Assembly (NCBI GenBank): GCA_964462945.1 | Contig: CAYWZW010000001.1 | Coordinates: 123,570 to 147,569 of the forward strand | Direction: 5' to 3' | DNA from: an uncultured Pirellulales bacterium | GTDB lineage: Bacteria > Planctomycetota > Phycisphaerae > Sedimentisphaerales > Anaerobacaceae | Length of the DNA: 24,000 nt | In this document: positions 15,659 to 22,226 of the stretch, one piece after another | How the letters are laid out: the number at the start of each line of letters is the position of its first letter | How positions within the stretch are numbered: position 1 is the first letter of the stretch | Notes under the pieces: model-generated | What the model saw: only the letters and a program-made list of their open reading frames with translations | Told to the model about the DNA's origin: nothing | Databases searched by the model: none | Program-made: the position numbers and the translations under genes

Positions 15659-16714
15659 TCATTCCCATCCGTACTCGTTGTGGTCCATGGTATCTTTCCA
15701 CAGCTCCAGATTCTCCAGATAGACGCTGGTGCCGCGCGCCACACTGCTGAGCGGGTCATCCACGGTTTGGACCTTCAGGCCGGTCGCATTGGCCAGAACG
15801 GTATCCATACCTCGCAGCAGTGAGCCGCCGCCGCAGATGTGGATGCCGTTGTCAATGAGGTCCGCCGCCAGTTCCGGCTCGGCTTTTTCCAGTGTGCCGG
15901 TCACCGCGTCGATAATCGCGGCGACCGGATCGCGCAGGGCCTCGCGGATTTCCTCGCTGGTGATCACGATTTTTCTCGGCAGGCCCGATATGGTGTCCCG
16001 CCCGGCGATCTCCATCGTCAATTCCTCTTCCAGCGGAGCGGCCGAGCCGATCTGGATCTTGACCTTCTCAGCTCGTGGCTCACCGATCAGAAGGTTATAG
16101 GTTTTCTTGAGGTGGTTGATCACCGCTTCGTCCATATCGTCGCCGCCGATGCGGATGGACGTGGCGGTGGCAATGTCGGCCAGACTCATGATCGCCACTT
16201 CGGTAGTCCCCCCGCCGATATCGACAATCATCGAAGCGGTAGGGTCGGTAATGGGCAGCCCCGCTCCGATTCCCGCCGCCATCGGCTCAGCGACCAGATA
16301 GACTTTGCGGGCGCCCGCACGTTCAGCACTATCGATAACCGCCCGGCGTTCGACGGCGGTGATCCCGCTTGGCACAGCAATGACCACCCGGGGCCTGACG
16401 AGTCCGCCCCGGCCGTGGACTTTCCGGATGAAGTAGCTCAACATCGCTTCGGTGATCTCGAAGTCGCTGATCACGCCGTCCTTGAGAGGCCGGATGGCAC
16501 TAATCGAGCCCGGCGTCTTGCCTAACATTTCACGCGCCACCAGCCCGACGGCTTGCCCGTTGTTCAGGACGATGTTGGTTCCTTTGCGGACGGCAACGAC
16601 GGAGGGTTCATTGAGGACAATACCTTTGCCGCGGACACAAACGAGGGTCGTACACGTTCCAAGGTCGATACCCATGTCCATGCTGAACCAACCTAAGATT
16701 GTGTCCAATAGCAC
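15659..16714 (-). CDS. mreB: rod shape-determining actin homolog MreB
   Basis: GIDLGTCTTLV (phosphate 1), DIGGGTTEVA (phosphate 2), GGGSLLRG. AAGGAG (16726-16721) lies 6 nt before the GTG at 16714. The TTG at 16744 from the ORF track lacks a properly spaced SD. Confidence 0.9.
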   Translation of the reverse strand: MLLDTILGWFSMDMGIDLGTCTTLVCVRGKGIVLNEPSVVAVRKGTNIVLNNGQAVGLVAREMLGKTPGSISAIRPLKDGVISDFEITEAMLSYFIRKVHGRGGLVRPRVVIAVPSGITAVERRAVIDSAERAGARKVYLVAEPMAAGIGAGLPITDPTASMIVDIGGGTTEVAIMSLADIATATSIRIGGDDMDEAVINHLKKTYNLLIGEPRAEKVKIQIGSAAPLEEELTMEIAGRDTISGLPRKIVITSEEIREALRDPVAAIIDAVTGTLEKAEPELAADLIDNGIHICGGGSLLRGMDTVLANATGLKVQTVDDPLSSVARGTSVYLENLELWKDTMDHNEYGWE

Positions 16715-16783
16715 GTTCGACTCCTTTCTGAATATCCGATACAAACCTTTGCAGAGGTAAGGATTTCTGATCGGCTATTTCTC

Positions 16784-16812
16784 TATATAATTGTAGAGAG
16801 CGGTATTGTCAA
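16784..16812 (-). promoter_or_regulatory. sigma70-like promoter candidate directly upstream of mreB
   Basis: The minus strand reads TTGACA (16812-16807), 17-nt spacer, TATATA (16789-16784). It is about 70 nt upstream of the mreB GTG. Confidence 0.45.
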
Positions 16813-16823
16813 TAGAGATTCGG

Positions 16824-16982
16824 CTATTGTATCCTAAAAATCGTCTGGTACTGGGTATAGCATTGATACGCCACAAACACGGCCGTCGCAAGGACACCAC
16901 AGAATGCCACGGCCAGAATGACCGTATAAATGCTATCAGGTGCGGTTATTTTCTTACCACGACTCGGCACGGCAGGACTCAT
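16824..16982 (-). CDS. 52-aa single-pass membrane micro-protein, below the ORF-track size cutoff
   Basis: Own translation: MSPAVPSRGKKITAPDSIYTVILAVAFCGVLATAVFVAYQCYTQYQTIFRIQ*. Basic N-terminus plus one TM. GAGG lies 7 nt before the ATG at 16982. It sits between the coiled-coil gene and mreB on the same strand. Confidence 0.4.
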   Translation of the reverse strand: MSPAVPSRGKKITAPDSIYTVILAVAFCGVLATAVFVAYQCYTQYQTIFRIQ

Positions 16983-17025
16983 ATATCAACCTCGCATAGC
17001 CACGCATCGAAGCACGATGACGTTC

Positions 17026-17907
17026 TCACAAATTAGTGTTGACCTGGTCGTTGACTCTCGGCTGATGTTCGGGCGCATCGGCAAGCAGCTCAAGCCAGCC
17101 GACCGCCTTTTCGGGTTCGACGTCCAAAATCACAACGTCGCAAACGAACTTGTCGCTGCGGGTGGCATGGAATCGCATCCCTTCCTTGACGCCGTCCGCC
17201 TCACCAATGGATATTTCGGCCAGAAGGTTCTTCATGTCCACCACGGTGATCAACCCCTTCAAGTCGATGTTTTGGGTGGGAGGCGCCACGCGAGCGTCCT
17301 CTTTCATCGCCGTGACCGCAACGGCCGGAGCAACAACCTTACCATACTCCCGCAGAATCCCGTCGAGCTTATTCTGAAGTTCGGTCTTTTCTTCGAGCAG
17401 ACGTTTCGATTTGTCCTCCAGCACGCTTATAATCGCCATTTTCTCCAGAAGAGCGGTTGAGGTCTGTTCGTGTTCGGCTCGTTCCTTGATCAGCTCAGCC
17501 GTGGTTTTCTGCTGCTCGGCGATGGCACTGTTTCTTAACTGGTCGTTTGTTTCGATAGTCTTGGAGAAATCCTTTACCACCGCTTCCCAGCCGTCTGCTT
17601 TTCGTTGAGCATCGTCTCTGGCTATTTCAGCCTGCTTGAGTTTCGCCTCCAGACTCCCAATCTCCTGCTGGAGTGCGCCAACCTTCTCGCCAAGTGCCAG
17701 CTTTTCCTCATCCGTCTTGCTTTTCAACTCGTTAAACTGCTTGTTGGCGTTGTTTTCACTCTGCTTGGCAGCCTGAAACCCGCTGTAAAGCCCGTCGTAT
17801 TTCTCTTTGTAGTCAACAGCGCTGGCGACGTATGTTACCACAATACCGCAGAGAAAAATTGAGGCGATTGTAAGCAGGACTATTAGGACCTTTGTGAGAG
17901 TACTCAA
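17026..17907 (-). CDS. N-terminally membrane-anchored coiled-coil protein with a small C-terminal beta-rich domain
   Basis: 293 aa. TM (VLIVLLTIASIFLCGIVVTYVASA), about 170 aa of heptad-rich K/E/Q/A sequence, then LITVVDMKNLLAEISIGEADGVKEGMRFHATR..VCDVVILDVEPEKAVGWL. TTG start with AGGAGG 5 nt upstream. No family recognised. Confidence 0.7.
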   Translation of the reverse strand: MSTLTKVLIVLLTIASIFLCGIVVTYVASAVDYKEKYDGLYSGFQAAKQSENNANKQFNELKSKTDEEKLALGEKVGALQQEIGSLEAKLKQAEIARDDAQRKADGWEAVVKDFSKTIETNDQLRNSAIAEQQKTTAELIKERAEHEQTSTALLEKMAIISVLEDKSKRLLEEKTELQNKLDGILREYGKVVAPAVAVTAMKEDARVAPPTQNIDLKGLITVVDMKNLLAEISIGEADGVKEGMRFHATRSDKFVCDVVILDVEPEKAVGWLELLADAPEHQPRVNDQVNTNL

Positions 17908-18096
17908 AACAACCTCCTTTCACCGAACCCGTCATGTCTTTTCATTCACACCCGTTACCCAGCGGCAGAGCATCTGGGACGGACACAAGGACGTCCGAAA
18001 AAGCTCCAGCTTGCGCCGCACATATCAGGCATTTTGTTTAGCTCGTGCGAGCCGCCCGCTTGGAACCCAAGCCCTGACACGCACGTGTATATGACA

Positions 18097-18125
18097 ATTT
18101 TACGCTTAAAACCCGGAAAGGTCAA
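18097..18125 (-). promoter_or_regulatory. sigma70-like promoter candidate for the coiled-coil/mreBCD-mrdA block
   Basis: The minus strand reads TTGACC (18125-18120), 17-nt spacer, TAAAAT (18102-18097). It implies a 5' UTR of about 180 nt. Confidence 0.45.
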
Positions 18126-18213
18126 GTTAAATCTGGCAAATAGCCTAAATTAAAATCCTGGGTTGGCGGAAGGCTTCGTATGGTCTTATAACATATCGTT
18201 TTTCAGGGTCAAA

Positions 18214-19233
18214 CTATCTCATATCGCACTGAAAAACGGCCTTGGCAGCCGCAATACGGACGTATTTCGACTCGTTTTTCAAAAGCGGGGGCAAATATTT
18301 TGTAAGGGCAGGTGTCCGAATCTGACCGATCGCCAGCGCCGCAAGCACATTGACCCGTTCGCTGGCCTGTTTGTCAGGGCCGGCGGCGAGGTTCTTTTCA
18401 AAGACCTCGAGCACTTCCGGCTCACCGGTCTTGTCTCCAAGCTTGCCGAGCTGTTCCGCCGCAGCCAGCCGAACCTCCAGTACAGCGTCATCCAACTTGG
18501 TGACCAGGATATCTCTGGCTCGCGGCGTGCCCAGTGCTCCTATTGCCCGTATGCCCAGAATCCTGTCGTCGGCGTAAGCGCTATAAACAACGGCCCATAG
18601 TCTCTGAAGGACTTCCTCATCCCCGAGCCGGGCCCTGGCCTCCAGCACCTGGAACCGGACCTTATCGCCCGAGTATTTGTCGTCCTGTACCGATTTCAGC
18701 ACGTTCAGCAATCGCCGGTCTCCGATTTTCCCGAGCAGGAAGACGGCATTGGCTCTGACCGTCTCGTCCTTGCTTTCCGCTGCTTCACGGACAACCTTGT
18801 AATACTCAGCAGCACCAAGCCTGCCCATTGCATAAGAGGCGGCGACAATGACGTTCGAATCCTCATCTTTCAGCAATGGGCCCAGCGCCCTCTGTGCGGG
18901 AGAGTACTGCAGGTCACCGACGGCCAAAGCCGCCGCAAATCGAACCGGCGAGAATTGATCCTGGACCAGCCGCTGCACCTTCGGCATCAAATCGACGCGC
19001 CCGGTGGTGCCCACCACTTCGATGGCGTTCACCCGGGCCACCGGATCACTATCAGCCAGGGCCTCCTCAATAACGTGCTTGGCCTCGCCGTAGGCGGAGG
19101 CGACGTTCGTGACGTAGAAATCTCCTAACATGGATTGCGAAGAATCCTCGCATCCGAACAGGAGCGTTGCCAGGAGAGCCGGGATCAGGATGCGATAAAT
19201 ACAAGCAAGTGTATTTCTGTGCTTGTTCTTCAT
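18214..19233 (-). CDS. HEAT-repeat lipoprotein
   Basis: MKNKHRNTLACIYRILIPALLATLLFGC is a signal peptide with a lipobox-like LFGC. At least seven HEAT-like units follow (DPVARVNAIEVVG, SPVRFAAALAVG, DETVRANAVFLLG, VLEVRLAAAEQLG, SKYVRIAAAKAV...). The ATG at 19233 overlaps the lnt TGA as ATGA. Confidence 0.75.
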   Translation of the reverse strand: MKNKHRNTLACIYRILIPALLATLLFGCEDSSQSMLGDFYVTNVASAYGEAKHVIEEALADSDPVARVNAIEVVGTTGRVDLMPKVQRLVQDQFSPVRFAAALAVGDLQYSPAQRALGPLLKDEDSNVIVAASYAMGRLGAAEYYKVVREAAESKDETVRANAVFLLGKIGDRRLLNVLKSVQDDKYSGDKVRFQVLEARARLGDEEVLQRLWAVVYSAYADDRILGIRAIGALGTPRARDILVTKLDDAVLEVRLAAAEQLGKLGDKTGEPEVLEVFEKNLAAGPDKQASERVNVLAALAIGQIRTPALTKYLPPLLKNESKYVRIAAAKAVFQCDMR

Positions 19234-21071
19234 TTGACCACCTTGCCAAACGAGTTCTTCCCCTTCCGGCGATGGAAAAACCTCACCGAAAGCGGCACTA
19301 TTATGAGCAGAATAACACACAGCTCACAACAAAAATCCAGCCATTCGCCGTATTTGCTGAAAAAAGTCGCTCTCTTGTCGATAGGCACCTTGTCCATGAG
19401 CCACCCGGCCATACCCGTTCGTGCCATCGCCTCTTGCGGCAAGGTTCCGCCCACGTACCCGTCTCGAACGCGCCCGAGGCTGTCGATCACACAGCTTATG
19501 CCGGTATTCACGCTTCGCAGCACGGCAAGCCTGTTCTCCACGGCCCTGAAAGCGCAGACCGCGGCGTGCTGAGGAAGCTCCTCGCTGGGCAAGACTTGTT
19601 CATCTTTGAACCGGACAAACCAGCCGTCGTTGCTTATGTTCACAAGCCAGTCGAGCCTCTTTTGCCCATGCTCGTCCAGGGCAAATCGCCGGGCAATCGC
19701 CGGGACGGTGTCCTCATAACAAATCATGACGCCGAATCTGTGAACTCGATTATTTTCTGCCACCAAGACACCAAGACCCGAAGAATCATTTTGTTTCTTA
19801 TCTATATCTAATTGGCTTTGTGACTTCGTGACTTCGTGGCTAATCTCCTCATATTCGCGCCCGGCCATTTCAAACACCGTGTATTCGCTGCCGTAGTCGA
19901 GCGAGTAATCGAAATTGTAGGGAATGAACTTGACCTTCATCAAAAGCTCATAAAACCACGCCAAGGGCCTGCGTAACGGCAGCACCTCCCCGAAGGGCAC
20001 CAGGTGAATCTTGTCGTACCGCTTTGCGTCCCGCTGTCCATCGGGCCGGTAGAGAAACGCCGAGTTGTATCTGGCCAGATAGCGGTCTGCGCCGTTTTGT
20101 TGAATCTCGGCGCCGTAGGCGCCCACAAGCACATACGCATTTCCTTGTGCGTGCTCTCCAAGGGCCTTGTCAAAAACTTCATGCTCCTGGGGAGAAACCA
20201 GGAATCGCCATACCGCCGCATCCAAATAAGCCTGCACCATGGTCTCGGGCCAGACAATCAGCTCGGCTCCGGCCGCGACGGCGGCCTTGCTGTGCTCCAT
20301 CAATCCGTTGAACAAATTGTCGCCCGACTCAAACGTCCTCTTCACCGACTGAGGGACGTTCGACTGCAGCGACGCAACCAACGGGCCGGCCTCGACGCAA
20401 TCACCCTCCTGACCGATCCGCCAGCGCCCATAGACGACGGCGGCGACCACCGCGGAACCGACAACGGCAAATGACAATAATGAATATCGAATGTCGAATG
20501 TCAAACGACGAACCTGACGAGCCGCCAAGATCAACTCAGCTAACAGGCCGTTGACCATCGCGATCAGAAACGAGACCCCGCCGGCCCCGAATAGGTCGGC
20601 GATCTGGATGAGCGTGATGTTTTGATATTGGCTGTGCGCCAGGAACCGCCAGAAGAAGCCGCCCAAGAATAAGCCCTGCATCCGTTCGACGCCGACGATT
20701 AACACAGCCGAGGCCAGAAACAACGGAATTTTCTTTATCCGGCAATAACGCAGGCAAAGGGCCAGGATGGGCCACAGCAAAGCGGTGTACAGGCAAAAGA
20801 CCAGCCAGCCGACAATCGTCACCGGAGCGACCCAGTAGAGATTACCCAGCCAGTAGAATAGCGAAACAACATAGCTCACAAAAAACAGACGCCGCGGCTT
20901 CGCTTCGGGTGAGCTGGCCAGAATAAAGGGCACGAACGACACCCACGCTAACGGCGCCCAGCCTATCGGCGCCTGGATCACCGTCAGCATCACCGCACTG
21001 ACCACCAGGAAGATTTTCGATTTTCGATCGGCAATCGGCATTCGGCAATCGGCATTCGGCGAGATCTTCAT
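19230..21071 (-). CDS. lnt: apolipoprotein N-acyltransferase Lnt
   Basis: Polytopic N-terminal half plus a CN-hydrolase domain with the E-K-C triad context (LIVWPE; YDKIHLVPFGE; VMICYED). At 613 aa it is longer than typical Lnt, owing to repeat-derived segments. The ATG overlaps the methyltransferase TGA as ATGA, and GAGGA lies 7 nt upstream. Confidence 0.85.
   Translation of the reverse strand: MKISPNADCRMPIADRKSKIFLVVSAVMLTVIQAPIGWAPLAWVSFVPFILASSPEAKPRRLFFVSYVVSLFYWLGNLYWVAPVTIVGWLVFCLYTALLWPILALCLRYCRIKKIPLFLASAVLIVGVERMQGLFLGGFFWRFLAHSQYQNITLIQIADLFGAGGVSFLIAMVNGLLAELILAARQVRRLTFDIRYSLLSFAVVGSAVVAAVVYGRWRIGQEGDCVEAGPLVASLQSNVPQSVKRTFESGDNLFNGLMEHSKAAVAAGAELIVWPETMVQAYLDAAVWRFLVSPQEHEVFDKALGEHAQGNAYVLVGAYGAEIQQNGADRYLARYNSAFLYRPDGQRDAKRYDKIHLVPFGEVLPLRRPLAWFYELLMKVKFIPYNFDYSLDYGSEYTVFEMAGREYEEISHEVTKSQSQLDIDKKQNDSSGLGVLVAENNRVHRFGVMICYEDTVPAIARRFALDEHGQKRLDWLVNISNDGWFVRFKDEQVLPSEELPQHAAVCAFRAVENRLAVLRSVNTGISCVIDSLGRVRDGYVGGTLPQEAMARTGMAGWLMDKVPIDKRATFFSKYGEWLDFCCELCVILLIIVPLSVRFFHRRKGKNSFGKVVK
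19761..19838. repeat. AT-rich palindromic insert with 8-nt tandem arms, in frame in lnt (78 nt = 26 codons)
   Basis: Left arm CACCAAGA x2 (19761-19776). Right arm GTGACTTC x2 plus GTG (19820-19838). The reverse complement of the right arm matches the left arm at 13 of 17 positions. The centre is AT-rich. Confidence 0.6.
20482..20516. repeat. heptamer array (GAATATC type) translated in frame in lnt
   Basis: GAATATC GAATGTC GAATGTC, then degenerate AAACGAC GAACCTG. It is read on the minus strand as RRLTFDIRYSLL. Confidence 0.6.
21012..21060. repeat. heptamer array (7 units) encoding the first ~20 residues of Lnt
   Basis: GATTTTC GATTTTC GATCGGC AATCGGC ATTCGGC AATCGGC ATTCGGC. It is read on the minus strand as MKISPNADCRMPIADRKSKIF. 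Confidence 0.85.
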
Positions 21072-22060
21072 TCTAAATCCTCTAAAGCCGTCGCCATTTC
21101 TTTTGTGCTATAGTGCTTGCGGTTGCTCATCCGCACCGTAAATTGACTGGTAAAAAGCCTTAAGAGATTTCTGTCGGCGGCGATTTCTCGCGGTGGTATT
21201 TGCATGTCACGTGAGAGCCGTTTGACCTCATCCAGCTCCGCTTTCGATTTGCGATTTGCGATTTGCGATTTGCGATTTTCAATCGGCAATCGGCAGTCGG
21301 CAATCGGCAGTCGCCAATCGGCCTTCAATCGGGCCAGACGTCTGTCTGAATTCTCGACGTACGTCTGCGATATTTCGACGCCGACATAGTTTCGGCCCAG
21401 TTGATACGCTGCTGCTGCGGTGGTCCCGGAGCCGCTAAAGGGATCCAGCACGCAGTCTCCCGGATTAGAGCTTGCCGCGATGATCCTCTTGAGCAGGCCC
21501 TCCGGCATCTGACAGGGATGCCAGCCGGCACGTTCCTTAAACGTCCCACAGACCCGCGAGTATCCGTCCCACACGTCATCCGGCATTTTTCCCGCGGGGT
21601 TGGCGCGTCTGTCGTTATAGATAAGCTGTCGGTCCGAAGGCACGCGCACGGCCCGGTCATTGAACGTGAAGTGCTTATGGTCATGGGCGAAGTAAAAGAT
21701 GTGCGTGTGCGCTCGTGCGAATTTGTTTTTCGTCTGCTGGCCGAAGGTGTAGTGCCATATTATCCAGTTCCGCATGAAAAGGCCCAGCTCGTCGGCTATG
21801 ATTTTGACATGGGCGGCGTAGTCATCGCCGATGGCTATGTAGAATGAGCCGTGCGGCTTCAAGACCTTCTTGCAGACGGCCATCCACTCTCTCGTCCAGG
21901 CAACGTATTTGTCGGTGGTGACTTCATCGTGGTACTTGTCGTATTTGTAGCCGATATTGAACGGCGGATCGGCAAAGATCAGGTCCGCAAAAGGCTCCCT
22001 GACCTCGCCCAGCACCTCGATACAATCGCCGCATATAATCCTGTTGAGAAGCTCTTGCAT
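21068..22060 (-). CDS. orphan beta-class DNA methyltransferase (N6_N4_Mtase family, DPPF motif, probably N6-adenine)
   Basis: Motif IV (IFADPPFN) precedes motif I (LDPFSGSGTT), which is beta-class order. HPCQMPEGLLKRII is also present. No restriction endonuclease is adjacent. The C-terminal part is a repeat-encoded linker plus a tail of about 57 aa. Confidence 0.85.
   Translation of the reverse strand: MQELLNRIICGDCIEVLGEVREPFADLIFADPPFNIGYKYDKYHDEVTTDKYVAWTREWMAVCKKVLKPHGSFYIAIGDDYAAHVKIIADELGLFMRNWIIWHYTFGQQTKNKFARAHTHIFYFAHDHKHFTFNDRAVRVPSDRQLIYNDRRANPAGKMPDDVWDGYSRVCGTFKERAGWHPCQMPEGLLKRIIAASSNPGDCVLDPFSGSGTTAAAAYQLGRNYVGVEISQTYVENSDRRLARLKADWRLPIADCRLPIENRKSQIANRKSKAELDEVKRLSRDMQIPPREIAADRNLLRLFTSQFTVRMSNRKHYSTKEMATALEDLE
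21245..21332. repeat. dyad-symmetric heptamer array translated in frame in the methyltransferase gene
   Basis: CGATTTG x4, CGATTTT, then CAATCGG CAATCGG CAGTCGG CAATCGG CAGTCGC CAATCGG (11 in-phase units, 21245-21321), plus an extra CAATCGG at 21326-21332. It is read as ADWRLPIADCRLPIENRKSQIANRKSK. Confidence 0.9.
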
Positions 22061-22066
22061 GGCGCT

Positions 22067-22094
22067 ATATTAAGAGCTCGCCGCAACTTTGCAA
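22067..22094 (-). promoter_or_regulatory. promoter candidate abutting the methyltransferase ATG, possibly giving a leaderless mRNA
   Basis: The minus strand reads TTGCAA (22094-22089), 16-nt spacer, TAATAT (22072-22067). The ATG at 22060 lies 7 nt after the -10, and there is no SD upstream. Confidence 0.3.
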
Positions 22095-22226
22095 GGGAGA
22101 ATTGATTTCACTGGCGCCACCCCGAATAAAGCGCCACCCGGCTAACAATCTCATCTCTTGTGGGACAAGTCCTTCGGTGCTGCCTGAGAACAGATAGGCA
22201 TACGGCCCTCCGGTCCGTGAGAAACC

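Noticed and set aside
15142-16525. Plus-strand ORFs (202 aa, 148 aa, 228 aa, 123 aa) opposite mreC and mreB
   Set aside because: They are antisense shadows of well-supported mreB/mreC. The sequences are R/G/P-rich with no motifs.
16806-17460. Plus-strand ORFs 16806-17036 and 16930-17460
   Set aside because: They lie opposite the SD-supported micro-ORF and the coiled-coil gene. They have no motifs and implausible composition.
19681-19703. Direct duplication GCAAATCGCCGGG / GCAATCGCCGGG inside lnt
   Set aside because: It has only two copies with an ~11-12 nt period and no dyad structure. It encodes ordinary-looking sequence (PAIARRFA) near the catalytic Cys, so it is probably chance or an old micro-duplication rather than part of the heptamer family.
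21245-21332. Heptamer arrays as CRISPR arrays
   Set aside because: The period is 7 nt with no unique spacers of 25-40 nt, no leader and no cas genes. The arrays are translated inside genes.
21204-21389. Short ORFs created by the arrays on the non-coding strand (21204-21389 +, 21256-21438 +, 23582-23839 +, 6499-6696 -)
   Set aside because: They stay open only because the heptamer units are stop-free in every frame. They overlap better-supported genes or intercistronic gaps.
22113-22138. Direct repeat GCGCCACCC x2 in the lipoprotein-methyltransferase intergenic region
   Set aside because: These are two short copies only, with no symmetry or recognisable binding-site architecture.
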